Source: Polyangiaceae bacterium
Lineage (GTDB): Bacteria > Myxococcota_A > Polyangia > Polyangiales > Polyangiaceae
DNA length: 64,000 nucleotides
Direction of reading: 5' to 3'
Assembly: GCA_044376115.1 (NCBI GenBank)
Contig: JBILLK010000026.1
Coordinates: 64,001 to 128,000 of the forward strand
The first letter of the stretch is position 1, and each line of letters starts with the position of its first letter. The notes beneath the pieces were generated by a model. It was not told the DNA's origin. It did not search any database and saw only the letters and a program-made list of their open reading frames with translations. Shown piece after piece: positions 36,074 through 46,416 of the stretch. The position numbers and the translations under genes are program-made.

Positions 36074-38272
36074 TTAGTCAGACGCGGGCCCGGCGGAAAC
36101 CAGCTGTACGAAAAAAGAACAGCCGCTCCCCGCGCCCTGGGACTCGACCCAAACTCGCCCACCGTGCTGGTCAACGATGCGACGAACCAGCGCAAGGCCA
36201 ACCCCGGTGCCCTCCGCCTTCGGGTCGAGCTTCTCGAATAGGCCAAAGATTTTATCGTGATAACGCGGCTCGATCCCGATGCCGTTGTCCCGAACGAAGA
36301 CGGTGGGCTTTGCCGCATCAGCCAAAACGCCAACCTCGATCCGCGGTTGCCCTTGGTTACCAAGGTACTTCACCGCGTTCTCGATCAGGTTCTGGAAGAC
36401 CTGCACCAGCTGCACGTGGTCGCCCAATACCCTGGGCAGCGACGGTGGGAGCTCAACCACCACCCCGCGAGCTTGCACAGCACCCGCGAGAAGATCCATC
36501 ACCTCGCGCAACACCTCGGCCAAGGCGATGTGCGCGGTCTTTGCCCCGACGCGGCCCACCCGCGATAGGTCGAGCAGGTCGCTCAACATGCCCGACATCT
36601 TTTCGGCAGCCGAGCGGATGCGCCCGAGATCCGACACGGCACGTTCGCGGTTTCCTTGTTCGAGGTCGCGTTCGAGCATGCCCAAAAAGCCGCGAATGGT
36701 GACGAGCGGGCTCTTGAGATCATGCGACACGGTGTAGGTGAATTGCTCCATCGCCGTGTTGCTGGCTTGTAGCTCGGCGATAAGCCGCTCACGCTCGGCT
36801 TCAGTCGCTTTGCGCTCGGTCACGTCCAGGGCGTAGCCACTGAAGACCACGCTGCCGTCCTCGAGCCGCCGCGGGAGCGCCGAGGTCTCCACCCAGCGCA
36901 TCTCCGCGCCGGTGTGCAACACGCGGTGAACCGAACTCAGCCGCGTGAGCGAGTCGATCGATTGGGCGACGCTCCGCGAGAGCTCGGCGACGTCCTCCGG
37001 ATGAACGCGCTGGTAGAGGATGGTGCTATCGATAGCCAACTGCTCGGGCGTTACGCCGTAGAGTTCCTCCACGCCCTCGCTGACGAATAGAAAGGCGTTG
37101 CGCCCATCGGGGTAGATGCAGGATTGGAAGAAGAAGCCGGGCACCTGCGAGGCGATGTCCACGAGGCGCTCTTGCGAGGCGCGCGCTTGCGCCTTGGCTT
37201 GGCGGAGATCGCTGATGTCGAACACGGTCATCGCCACGCGCGTCGGCTGACCAGGGACGCGGATGGGCGCCATGATGGTAGCGTTGTGACGGATGGTGCC
37301 ATCGCTGGTGAGGCTTTCGAATTCGGTTGAAACGGCCTCTCCCGCGACGGCCCGAGCCAGCGCCGTACGTAGCGCCTCTCGCTGCTCGACTGGGACCCAA
37401 GAGCGCACGCTGGTGCCAATGATTGACTGAAGTGAAACGCCCGGGCGCGCACGGTTGAGGTACTCGATCGTACCGTCCGCGGTGGTCTCGAGGATGAAGG
37501 CCGGGGTGTGATCGGTGATGGCCTTGAGGCGCGCCTCATTGGTTCGTAGGGCCGCCTCTGCGCGGTGTTTTGCCGTGATGTTCAAGCCCAGGACGAGCCC
37601 ATAGGCGACCTTGTGCTCGCCATCCAAAACCGGGACGTAGTGATAGTGGTACCAGCGGTCCTCGTAGGGCACCTCGACGTCTAGCTGCTCACCAGCGAGC
37701 GCCTTGCGCAAGAACGGCTCGACCATCTCGACGAACTCCTTGGGGAGCACATCGAAAACGGTGCGCCCCTCGATGCGCTCTTTGGAAAAGCCGGTGGCCT
37801 CTACCTCTGGCCCGTCCGCCAAGACGAAGCGCAGGTCATGGTCGTAGAGCAGGATCACACTGCCGGGCAGGTTGCGGACCAGCAGCCGGTACTGGTTGCG
37901 CGCGAGCGCGAGACCCTCCGAAAGCGCTCGATGCGTGGTGATGTCGCGGATGGTGGCGACGATCCGTGGCTCGCCTTGCAGCGTCGCCCGTACCAGGTGC
38001 ACCTCGCTCCAACCGAGCACGCCATCGGGCCGCTTGTGCCGCCACTCGAAGGTGACCTCGCCTTGGCTGAGGGCCTGCTGCAGGTAATGTTGCGCTCGCT
38101 GCAGAGTGTAGCCCTCCTCCACCGCCGACCACTGCTCGATTGAACCTTGCAGCAAGGTCTCCATCGGCAGACCGAAGATCTTTACCGCAGCGGCGTTGGC
38201 GGCCACACAGTGGCCATCCTGACTGTGAACCGTTACCGCATCGCCAATCGCGTCAAACAGCTCACGGTCCAT
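36074..38272 (-). CDS. cytoplasmic multi-PAS histidine kinase (phytochrome-type kinase core)
   Basis: Four PAS/PAC segments; FTYTVSHDLKSPL, QNLIENAVKY, DNGIGI, GTGVGL. Confidence 0.96.
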   Translation of the reverse strand: MDRELFDAIGDAVTVHSQDGHCVAANAAAVKIFGLPMETLLQGSIEQWSAVEEGYTLQRAQHYLQQALSQGEVTFEWRHKRPDGVLGWSEVHLVRATLQGEPRIVATIRDITTHRALSEGLALARNQYRLLVRNLPGSVILLYDHDLRFVLADGPEVEATGFSKERIEGRTVFDVLPKEFVEMVEPFLRKALAGEQLDVEVPYEDRWYHYHYVPVLDGEHKVAYGLVLGLNITAKHRAEAALRTNEARLKAITDHTPAFILETTADGTIEYLNRARPGVSLQSIIGTSVRSWVPVEQREALRTALARAVAGEAVSTEFESLTSDGTIRHNATIMAPIRVPGQPTRVAMTVFDISDLRQAKAQARASQERLVDIASQVPGFFFQSCIYPDGRNAFLFVSEGVEELYGVTPEQLAIDSTILYQRVHPEDVAELSRSVAQSIDSLTRLSSVHRVLHTGAEMRWVETSALPRRLEDGSVVFSGYALDVTERKATEAERERLIAELQASNTAMEQFTYTVSHDLKSPLVTIRGFLGMLERDLEQGNRERAVSDLGRIRSAAEKMSGMLSDLLDLSRVGRVGAKTAHIALAEVLREVMDLLAGAVQARGVVVELPPSLPRVLGDHVQLVQVFQNLIENAVKYLGNQGQPRIEVGVLADAAKPTVFVRDNGIGIEPRYHDKIFGLFEKLDPKAEGTGVGLALVRRIVDQHGGRVWVESQGAGSGCSFFVQLVSAGPASD

Positions 38273-38299
38273 GTTTGCCCTCCTAACGTCAGCTAGCGT

Positions 38300-40036
38300 T
38301 CAACGCCCCAATAGCCGCTTTGGCGCCTGCACGAGGAGGCTGAACAGCGCCCCGATACGGCCGAAGAAGCCAGCTCCACCGCGCAACCGCGCCATGGCGA
38401 ATACGAGCTTACGCAGCGTGGGCGTGTACGGATACCACCATACGTCCGGCCGGCCGCTGCGATCCTCGAGTTCGAAGCGAACCTGCACCAAGGCCGAGAG
38501 CGCGTGCGGGCTGTTGGTGATGCCGTGGCCCGAGAGGCCGGTGCCCGTCCACGGTGCGCCGGGCAAAGCCGCTGTGAAGGCGTGGTTGTTGATGGTGACG
38601 ACGCCGCTCTTCAGCTGCGTGAAGAACTTGCGCGCGCGACGCACATGTTTGGTCCACACGCTGGTGGTCAAGCCGAAGGCGCTGCGGTTGGCTGCGGCTA
38701 CCGCCGCCTCGGCGTCGGGTACCACCACGATCGGAAGCAGCGGGCCGAAGCTCTCCTCCAACATCAGCGGCAGCCCGAGCTGAGCCTCGGTGAGCTTGAG
38801 CACGGTGGGCGCAAAGGCGAGCGTGGCCTCATCGTAGCTGCCACCGGCCAGCACCTCGGCTCCGGCCGCGCGCGCGCCCTCGAGATGGCCCGCGGCCAAA
38901 CGCAGCTGCGCCAAGGTGGTCATGCGACCGAGGTCACTCGGCGTGAGCGCGGCGGTCAGCTCGACCACGCGCTTGATGAACCGCTCGGCGATCGGCGCTT
39001 CAACGAAGACGCGCTCGATCGAGGCGCAGTTCTGGCCGTGATTGGTGAAGGCTCCCCACACCACGCCGCGCGCGCTGCGCTCGAGGTTGGCGTCCTTGAG
39101 GACGATGGCTGCGTCTTTACCGCCGAGCTCGAGCGAGCAAGGCAGCAGGCGCTCTGCGCAGCGAACCGCGATGCTTTTGCCGGTTTTGACGCTGCCGGTG
39201 AAGACCACCAGATCGATCTCGGCGTCCACCAGCTCTTGCCCGGCCGATGGGCCTCCTTCAATCAGCGTGAGCACGCCGGGCGGTAGACCATCAAACAGCG
39301 CAGCCACGAGCTTGTTGCTTTCCGGCGTCACCTCGCTGGGCTTCCACAACACAACATTGCCGACGAGCAAGGCCGGAATCAGCGTACGCAGCGGGATCGC
39401 CACGGGGTAGTTCCAGGGCGTGATCAGCGCCACGACACCGCGTGGATCTTGACGAATACGGCCGGATTTACCGGGGTAGTCGGTGCCGTTCATCGCGATC
39501 GGAGCGGGCTCGAGCAGCTCCTCCATCACCTCGCACCAGTAGCCCACGAGATCGGCGTTGGGCAGCACCTCGGAGAGCACCGCCTCTTCGATCGGCTTGC
39601 CGACTTCTCGCTGCACCGTCTGCGCGATCAGCTCGGCGCGCTCGAGGATGCGCTTGGCGACCGGCCGCAACGCCGCGATGCGCTTGCGCACCGAGAGCGC
39701 CGCCCAGGCTCGGCTGCCTTCACGAGCGCGCACCACGAGTTGGGCGGTGGTCAGCGGAGCCGCCGGTGCAAGCAGCGCAGCCGGGGCAACCACCGGGACG
39801 GGAGCCGCTGAGGCAACGGCTGGAGCCGGAGACGCGAGGACGGCGGTCGCGACCACGGGCTCGGCGGCAACGGTAGCCACAGGATTCGCCGCCGCTGCAG
39901 CCGATGCAGGCTCGCCCCGCGTTGCAGCCAGCGCCGGTTCCGCTGGGGCAGGACCGTGGCTCTCGGGCAGCACCGAAGCTCCCGGTTCCGCGTTGGACGT
40001 GGACGGATCGACCGGGTGGGGTTCTTCTGCGCTCAT
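38300..40036 (-). CDS. aldehyde dehydrogenase family protein with Ala/Pro-rich N-extension
   Basis: PWNYP, KPSE, FTGS, ELGGKD, GQNC, EESFGP. Confidence 0.95.
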   Translation of the reverse strand: MSAEEPHPVDPSTSNAEPGASVLPESHGPAPAEPALAATRGEPASAAAAANPVATVAAEPVVATAVLASPAPAVASAAPVPVVAPAALLAPAAPLTTAQLVVRAREGSRAWAALSVRKRIAALRPVAKRILERAELIAQTVQREVGKPIEEAVLSEVLPNADLVGYWCEVMEELLEPAPIAMNGTDYPGKSGRIRQDPRGVVALITPWNYPVAIPLRTLIPALLVGNVVLWKPSEVTPESNKLVAALFDGLPPGVLTLIEGGPSAGQELVDAEIDLVVFTGSVKTGKSIAVRCAERLLPCSLELGGKDAAIVLKDANLERSARGVVWGAFTNHGQNCASIERVFVEAPIAERFIKRVVELTAALTPSDLGRMTTLAQLRLAAGHLEGARAAGAEVLAGGSYDEATLAFAPTVLKLTEAQLGLPLMLEESFGPLLPIVVVPDAEAAVAAANRSAFGLTTSVWTKHVRRARKFFTQLKSGVVTINNHAFTAALPGAPWTGTGLSGHGITNSPHALSALVQVRFELEDRSGRPDVWWYPYTPTLRKLVFAMARLRGGAGFFGRIGALFSLLVQAPKRLLGR

Positions 40037-40163
40037 TCGGCCCGCTCGGCGTAGCAACGTTCCCAAAGCGCGGTCAAGCAGCGGATGGGGGTGCGGATTT
40101 CTTCCTCGTGAAGTGACGACGTTCGGGCAAGGAGGTAAGGTCCGGCCAAAGGCTAGTTCTGAG

Positions 40164-42362
40164 ATGTCCAGTTTGTCTTTGTGGCCGCGGCTGACGTGGC
40201 TCCGTAACGCTCGCCGGGTTCGGCCCAGGACGAAACCGCCCTACGGAGCTCTCACCGGAGCCCTGCTCGGACCGATGGCAGCCGTCGATGTTGCGCTCGG
40301 AGGTGAACAGGTCACCACCAAAACCATCGTCTGGGCGCTGACCATCGGCTTGGGAGCCGGCCTGGTGATCGGCGCGCTGGGTGGAGCCTTGTTGCAAGCG
40401 ATCGGCCGCCGCTCCTTGTGGTTGCCGGTGCTGGTGTGGCTGCTCGCGGGAGGCGCCGTCGCAGGCTGGCTGATCGAGGACCTCAACGTGATCAGCCTGC
40501 TCGATACGCGCGAACGCAAGCTCGCGTTGCTGGCGCTCGGCGGCAGCGTCGCGCTCGGGGTGGCGCTGTTCACCGGCGGGCTGCTGCTGCAACCGCGGCC
40601 TCGCTACCCGCAGGGCTATCTCGGTAGTCTGCGGCTCGGTTACCGCCTGCTCGGGACGCTCGCCTTCTTGGTTTTTGCCGCGGGGGCCGTGTGGGCGGAT
40701 CGCACGCAATTCGTTGGGACCTACCCGGGCGCGCATCAGGCCCTGCGCTGGACGGGGCTGCTTGCGGCGATCACCAGCGCAGTGACGCTGCTTCCGCGCG
40801 TCTCGATCAAAGGACCGTTCGGCGGCTTGCTCAAGACCGTGACGGCGGCCGCTGTGCTGTATCCCTTCTTGACCGTGAAGCAGACCGACTACAGCGAACT
40901 CTCGGCGCTGCTCGAGCAACCGTATTCGCGGCTGTCGCTCAAGTTGGTGCGCAACGTCGGAGACCCGGACGTGGACGGCTATTCGATGTTCCTCGGTGGC
41001 GGTGATTGCGCGCCCTTCAATCGCAAGGTGAACCCCGGCGCGCCGGAGATCCCGGGCAACGGCATCGACGACAATTGTCGTTGGGGCGACGCTGCGCAGC
41101 GCGGCGGCGTCACCGACCCAGCCACGGTTCCGGTGCCTAGCACTCCGAGTCCGATGTCGGTGGTGGTGATCACCATCGACACGCTGCGTGCCGATCGCAT
41201 GAGCGCTTACGGCGCCCAACGCGACACCACGCCGGCGATCAAAGAATGGGCGAACAAGAAGGGTATTCGCTTCAACAAGGCGATCACCCCGGGCGGCTGG
41301 ACGAGCCTTGCGCTCTCTTCGCTCTTCCGCGGCGTTTACCCGCGGCGGCTGACCTGGACGCGCCTCTACGAGACCAACAAATATCGGCTGCTGCGCGCGC
41401 CAGTCGAGGAGAAGCTCGAGCCCGGCGAGAAGTCGAAGAAGCAGTTCGGTATGCCGCTCGAGGATGAGCCGCGCAAGCCGCTCGCGTGGTGGTTGCAACG
41501 CCGTGGGATGCAAACCGTGGCCGTAACCGATGACGGCTTCTCCGAGTTCCTCTCGCCGGAAAACGGGATGGACAACGGCTACGACGTCTTCTCCGAGGTG
41601 GACAGCCTGCCCAAGGCCAAACAGGACGACAACGGCACCGCGGATGAGGCCATCAAGCAGATGGAAGCGCTCTCGCCCGACAAACCCTTCTTCATGTGGG
41701 TTCACTTCTTTGGGCCGCACAACCCAAGCAAGGTCCACAGCGGCGTGAAGAAATTCGGCGAGTCGGCGATGGACAAATACGACCACGAGATTCGCTTTGC
41801 CGATGAGCAGGTCGGCCGCCTACTCAAGGCGATCGACGCACAAAAAGGCCGTAAAGTGGCTGTGATCCTGACCGCCGACCATGGCGAGAGCGTGCAGGGC
41901 AACGGCCGCAACCACGGTGGCAACATCTCCGAGGGCATCCTCAACATCCCGCTGATCCTCTCGGTTCCGGGCATGAAGGCGCGCACCTCCGAGAACGTCG
42001 TGAGCTTGGTAGACATCATGCCCACCGTGCTCGCGCTCACCGAGACCCCAGCGCCACCGGAGCTCGACGGCCGCGACCTACGTGACATCCTCGCCGACCC
42101 GGAGGACCAAAAGCGCATCGTCTTCAGCGAGACGTGGCAGTTCGGACAAGATGGTGAGCCGAAGGGCGACCAAATCGCCGCCAGCGACGGCGAATACAAG
42201 CTCGAATGGAACCTCGACAACGAGGCCAAGAAGCTCTGGCGGCGTTCAGACAAGGACAAACCCAAGAAGCCCAACCTGCTCGGACAGGTCGCAGTGCCCG
42301 AGCTGGAGCAAGCCCTGAATACCTATTTAGAGGAGAATAGTAGCGTAAAGTTAGTGGACTAA
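40164..42362 (+). CDS. membrane-anchored sulfatase/alkaline-phosphatase-superfamily protein
   Basis: Several TM helices; DC.P....NPGAPEIPGNGIDDNC motif; ITIDTLRAD, WT, WVHFFGPH, YDHEI, TADHGE, DIMPT. Confidence 0.9.
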   Translation: MSSLSLWPRLTWLRNARRVRPRTKPPYGALTGALLGPMAAVDVALGGEQVTTKTIVWALTIGLGAGLVIGALGGALLQAIGRRSLWLPVLVWLLAGGAVAGWLIEDLNVISLLDTRERKLALLALGGSVALGVALFTGGLLLQPRPRYPQGYLGSLRLGYRLLGTLAFLVFAAGAVWADRTQFVGTYPGAHQALRWTGLLAAITSAVTLLPRVSIKGPFGGLLKTVTAAAVLYPFLTVKQTDYSELSALLEQPYSRLSLKLVRNVGDPDVDGYSMFLGGGDCAPFNRKVNPGAPEIPGNGIDDNCRWGDAAQRGGVTDPATVPVPSTPSPMSVVVITIDTLRADRMSAYGAQRDTTPAIKEWANKKGIRFNKAITPGGWTSLALSSLFRGVYPRRLTWTRLYETNKYRLLRAPVEEKLEPGEKSKKQFGMPLEDEPRKPLAWWLQRRGMQTVAVTDDGFSEFLSPENGMDNGYDVFSEVDSLPKAKQDDNGTADEAIKQMEALSPDKPFFMWVHFFGPHNPSKVHSGVKKFGESAMDKYDHEIRFADEQVGRLLKAIDAQKGRKVAVILTADHGESVQGNGRNHGGNISEGILNIPLILSVPGMKARTSENVVSLVDIMPTVLALTETPAPPELDGRDLRDILADPEDQKRIVFSETWQFGQDGEPKGDQIAASDGEYKLEWNLDNEAKKLWRRSDKDKPKKPNLLGQVAVPELEQALNTYLEENSSVKLVD

Positions 42363-42384
42363 CCGCGTACCAAGTCGCGGCTCT

Positions 42385-43440
42385 TCACACCGACTTTACG
42401 GGCCTTCCTGCAACTTCAGTCGAGGCCAGCACCGCCGCGAGACGCTCGGTGCCACGTCGAGTGGAAGCGTCATCGAGCAGGTGCGGAAAGAGCACCGCCG
42501 CCTCGGCCAGCTCGCCAAACAAGCGCCGCAAGCTCTCCCGTTGAACCTGCTCGCGCACGGCGCGGCGGGCGCCTGCAACGAGGGCGCTCTCGACGCCCTG
42601 CTCGGCCAGCTCGGCGGCGCGCAACTTGAGCAAATCGGGCCGCGTCGCGAATAGCGCCTGCTCTTCATCGCTGAAGATGGGCGGTAGCACCGCGTTCACG
42701 AACAGCTGCAAGACGCTCATCTTCAGCTCACCGCGAATGGCCGTGACGAGCTCCACCGTCTCGGTCACCGGCATCTCCTCGGGCAGCGTGACCACGACGA
42801 TGCCGGTGCGCTCGGCGTCGCGGAACATCTCGGTGGCGCGCTGGGCGTCACGACGCAGCACGCCTGGAGGAGCCACCTCGAGGATGATGTTAGGCACGCG
42901 CAACATGTCGAGCCCATGGCCGGTGGCCGGCGCGTCGAAGATCACCACGTCAAAGCGGTTGCGCCCGTCAGGGCCTTGCTCGGTGGTGTGAAACCACGCT
43001 TTGCCGAGCATGGCCCATTCATGCAGGCCCGGCACGGCCCGCAAGAAAGCCTTGATGTACTCGTTGCCGAAGACCGCGTTGGAGATTGTCTTCACCTTCA
43101 GCACCAGCTCGCCGTACTCGGCCAGGGCCAGGCCAGGGTGAATGTTCACCGCTGAAACACCGGGCAAACACTCCATCACCTGATCACCGATGGGCCGGGT
43201 GCCGAGCACCGAACTGAGGCGCTCTTTGGTGTTGCACATGGTGATGAGCACGCGTTTGCCCGAGCGCGCCAAGGCCAGCGCGGTTGCCGCCGCGGTGGTG
43301 GTTTTGCCGACGCCGCCCTTGCCGGTGAAGAACAGGAAGCGACGCTTGGCGAGCTCCGCGAGAGGGCCCGGCGTCAAAACGCCCCCAATTTCAGGGAGAA
43401 GGCCGGAGGCCAGCTGGCTCATGAAAGGGTCGGACGACAC
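42385..43440 (-). CDS. ArsA/Get3-family ATPase
   Basis: TGKGGVGKTT, PGL.E, DAPATGH, VTLPEEMPVTET. Confidence 0.92.
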   Translation of the reverse strand: MSSDPFMSQLASGLLPEIGGVLTPGPLAELAKRRFLFFTGKGGVGKTTTAAATALALARSGKRVLITMCNTKERLSSVLGTRPIGDQVMECLPGVSAVNIHPGLALAEYGELVLKVKTISNAVFGNEYIKAFLRAVPGLHEWAMLGKAWFHTTEQGPDGRNRFDVVIFDAPATGHGLDMLRVPNIILEVAPPGVLRRDAQRATEMFRDAERTGIVVVTLPEEMPVTETVELVTAIRGELKMSVLQLFVNAVLPPIFSDEEQALFATRPDLLKLRAAELAEQGVESALVAGARRAVREQVQRESLRRLFGELAEAAVLFPHLLDDASTRRGTERLAAVLASTEVAGRPVKSV

Positions 43441-43501
43441 GAGGGGTACAGCCTAGTTCAACCCAAGCTGGGCGCAGCAAACAGATTGACGCTGCAGCCG
43501 C

Positions 43502-43966
43502 TTACCGCCTGGAAACGGTTGCGTTGTTGAAGTGAAACCAAGGGGCGAGCTTTTCTGCCAAGCCGGCCGCGGTTCCGGCGATGGGGAGCTCGGTCGTGCG
43601 CAGCAAGATGGTACGGGCCAACACCTCGCGAACGCCCGATTCGGCTGCAACCCGCGAAAGCAATAGCTCATGGGCCGCCTCGCCCATCGGCGAGAGTGGC
43701 ATGACGATGGGCACCTCCGCCAGCGCAGGAACCTGAGCTACCAGGGCGAGAACCTCGAGCCCGTTCACCGGTTGCCCATCGGAGTCACGATGCGCGTTGA
43801 AAGGGATCAGCAGCAACTCCGCTTCGATCTGCTCCAAACGGCGCCGCACCTCACGGTTGCTCAACTTTGAGGGGATGAAGCGCTCGCGTTCGACGCTGAA
43901 CCCGAGTGACTCGAGCAACGAAAACACCCGTTCACGAATGTGAACCGCGTAAGGCCGAATAGGCAT
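43502..43966 (-). CDS. hypothetical protein (possibly degenerate receiver-like fold)
   Basis: ORF filling the gap; NGLEVL..EVPIVMP resembles part of a receiver domain but lacks the acidic motifs. Confidence 0.5.
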   Translation of the reverse strand: MPIRPYAVHIRERVFSLLESLGFSVERERFIPSKLSNREVRRRLEQIEAELLLIPFNAHRDSDGQPVNGLEVLALVAQVPALAEVPIVMPLSPMGEAAHELLLSRVAAESGVREVLARTILLRTTELPIAGTAAGLAEKLAPWFHFNNATVSRR

Positions 43967-44154
43967 GACCCGACACGTTGCTTTGTGCGCCCCCTGCACC
44001 ATTGCACCGTCACGTTAGTGCACACGGCCGAGCTGACGCCAGGACTGACTTGACGATCTCTCGAGCAGGTCGAGAAGAACGGAGCGGGAGCCGACGCCAT
44101 GCGGTGCATCTACGACGAGCACCAACGCAACCAGACAGGGTAAGCTCGGGATAC

Positions 44155-45606
44155 TTGCACTCGAGGTCCAACACGCCGCAGAAGATTGGCCGCTATGACG
44201 TCGCTGGGCTGCTCGCCACCGGCGGGATGGCGGAGCTGTTCTTGGCCAGCCAAAGCGGGCCCAGCGGCTTCGAACGGCCGGTGGTGATCAAGCGCATTCT
44301 GCCGCACCTCGCGCGGGAGCAATCGTTCCGCGACATGTTCCTCGACGAAGCGCGGCTGGTGGTCAACATCCGCCACCCCAACGTCGTCCAGGTGCACGAG
44401 CTCGGGGATGACCGCGGCGAGATCTTCTTGGTCATGGAGTACCTCGAGGGGGAGAGCCTTTCGATGGTGAGCAAACGGCTGAGCCAGGTCGGTGAAACGC
44501 TACCGCCCCGCGCCGTCGCACACATCTTGGCCGAGGCCTGCGCGGGCCTGCACGCGGCCCATGAGCTAACCAACGCTGGTCGCTCGCTCGGGCTCGTTCA
44601 CCGCGACGTCTCTCCGCACAACCTGTTCATCCTGTACAGCGGCCAAGCCAAGGTGATCGACTTCGGCATCGCCAAATCCGGAGACCGTACGAGCAAGACG
44701 CAGACGGGCACGGTCAAAGGCAAATTCGCTTATATGGCCCCGGAGCAGGTCAAAGCGGAAGACGTAGACCGCCGCGCGGACGTCTTCGCGCTGGGCGTGA
44801 TCCTGCATGAGCTGCTCACCGGCAAACCGCTGTTTGCGCGGGCCAATGATCTGCTGGTGATGCAGGCTGTCTGCCTCGAGCCGGTGCCACCGCCTAGCGC
44901 CTTTTGCGCCGAGGTGGATCCGGAGCTCGAGCGCATCGCGATGAAGGCTCTTTCGCGCTCACGTGAGGAGCGTTACCCAACCGCGCAGGCGATGCGCCGA
45001 GAGCTAGTGACGGCGCTGCAGCGGTTGAGCGCCGAGAGTGAGAGTCCGGAGCTAGCGGACGAAGAGTTGGCCAGCGTGATGCGCGCTCACTTCGCCGACC
45101 GTGTCGCGCGCAAAGCCGAAATGCTGGCCCGTGTACGTGAAGGCAGGACGCTCACTCGCATCGTCGGTGGGGAAACCGACATCGTGCTCAGCGCTGAGGC
45201 CGCCTCGCAAGCGAGCGGCACGGGCAGTCCTGGCCAGGTCCTTTCACTGCGACCAGCGGCACCTTCGCGCAAGCTGCCGGTGGCGCTGAGCGCCGCTGTG
45301 GTGATGAGCATCGGCATCGCGGTGGGCATCTACGCCAGCCGCGAAGAGGCGCCGGGCTCGCTCGGCGCCCCAGCCAGCGCGCCTGCCGAATCAGCGCCAG
45401 CGCCGCGCGCAACAACGCCGGGAAGCCCACAGCCGGTCAAGAGCGTTGAGCCGGTGGTGCCCAGCTCTTCCATCGCCAGCGCCGCGAGCAGCGTAAGCAC
45501 GGCCTCGCCGTCAACCACGAGCATTGCGCGCCCGCTACCTCGGCCCGTTGCAACCCCGCCCACGCCAGTCAGCAAACCGACCTCCGGCTTCGGCCGCTTC
45601 GATTGA
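44155..45606 (+). CDS. membrane Ser/Thr protein kinase
   Basis: IGRY, GGMAELF, VIKRI, HRDVSPHN, DFG, GKFAYMAPEQ; TM; Pro/Ser linker; start (TTG) uncertain. Confidence 0.95.
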   Translation: MHSRSNTPQKIGRYDVAGLLATGGMAELFLASQSGPSGFERPVVIKRILPHLAREQSFRDMFLDEARLVVNIRHPNVVQVHELGDDRGEIFLVMEYLEGESLSMVSKRLSQVGETLPPRAVAHILAEACAGLHAAHELTNAGRSLGLVHRDVSPHNLFILYSGQAKVIDFGIAKSGDRTSKTQTGTVKGKFAYMAPEQVKAEDVDRRADVFALGVILHELLTGKPLFARANDLLVMQAVCLEPVPPPSAFCAEVDPELERIAMKALSRSREERYPTAQAMRRELVTALQRLSAESESPELADEELASVMRAHFADRVARKAEMLARVREGRTLTRIVGGETDIVLSAEAASQASGTGSPGQVLSLRPAAPSRKLPVALSAAVVMSIGIAVGIYASREEAPGSLGAPASAPAESAPAPRATTPGSPQPVKSVEPVVPSSSIASAASSVSTASPSTTSIARPLPRPVATPPTPVSKPTSGFGRFD

Positions 45607-45608
45607 GT

Positions 45609-46409
45609 ATGCGCACACTCTCCCTGGCCCTCGGGCTCGTACTCTGCACCGTGCCAGCTACGCTGGCGCACGCCCAAGCCACACCGCTTGGGCAGGCCAA
45701 GCCGCGTACGCAACCGCCAACCAAAACCGACGACCAACAGCAGGCTTTGCGGCTGTTTGAACAAGGCAAGCAGGCCTACCGCGAGGGCCGCTTCGAGGAC
45801 TCGGTCAAGCTGCTCGAGCAGGCCTTCGCCCTCGTGCCGGAGCCTGTGCTGCTTTACAACTTAGCCCGCGCCCATGAGGGCACTGGCAACTTCCCGAGCG
45901 CCATTGAGGCCTACGAGCGGTACCTCAAGAGCGAACAAGAAATTCCGGATCGCGGTGCCATCGAGCAAAAGCTCACCAGCCTCAAACGCACGGTGGCCGA
46001 ACGGGAGCGCTTGGCCAAAGAGCGAGATGAGGCGCTACAAAAAAAAGAGGCCGCGCCCGAGCCGCGGCTGGAGCCACCGCAGTCACAGCTCACTCCGTGG
46101 CCGTGGCTCGTGGCCAGCGTCGGAGCGGGCGGGCTCGTCAGCGGCGGTGTGCTCGGCTCGCTCGCGCTGAGCAAGAATGACGAGGCCGAGGTCGCGCCTT
46201 CGCAACAGCAGGCCTTTGACTTGCGCAGCTCGGCAGAGAGCTTCGCTACCGCCTCGACAGCGCTGTTCGTGATCGGCGGCGTGGTGCTCGCTGGCGGCGT
46301 GACCTGGGGCATCATCGAGCTGGTGAGCCAAGATGGTGCTGGCCCCAGCGACAACAAGGCCGAGCTCGTACTCGGGCCGAGCTCCGTATGGCTGAAGACC
46401 ACCTTTTGA
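45609..46409 (+). CDS. secreted TPR protein with C-terminal hydrophobic helices
   Basis: Signal AHA; A.RLFEQG..AYREGRF..LLYNLARAHE..AIEAYERYL; two Gly-rich helices; ends VWLKTTF. Confidence 0.88.
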   Translation: MRTLSLALGLVLCTVPATLAHAQATPLGQAKPRTQPPTKTDDQQQALRLFEQGKQAYREGRFEDSVKLLEQAFALVPEPVLLYNLARAHEGTGNFPSAIEAYERYLKSEQEIPDRGAIEQKLTSLKRTVAERERLAKERDEALQKKEAAPEPRLEPPQSQLTPWPWLVASVGAGGLVSGGVLGSLALSKNDEAEVAPSQQQAFDLRSSAESFATASTALFVIGGVVLAGGVTWGIIELVSQDGAGPSDNKAELVLGPSSVWLKTTF

Positions 46410-46416
46410 GGCACGC

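Noticed and set aside
39558..40163. N-terminal extension of the 934-aa sulfatase-like ORF
   Set aside because: Antisense overlap with the aldehyde dehydrogenase gene; real start is likely 40164 or later
40074..41786. Long antisense ORFs (also 56103-57848, 59907-61436, 11945-13186, 25933-27036)
   Set aside because: Shadow ORFs expected from high-GC codon bias opposite well-supported genes
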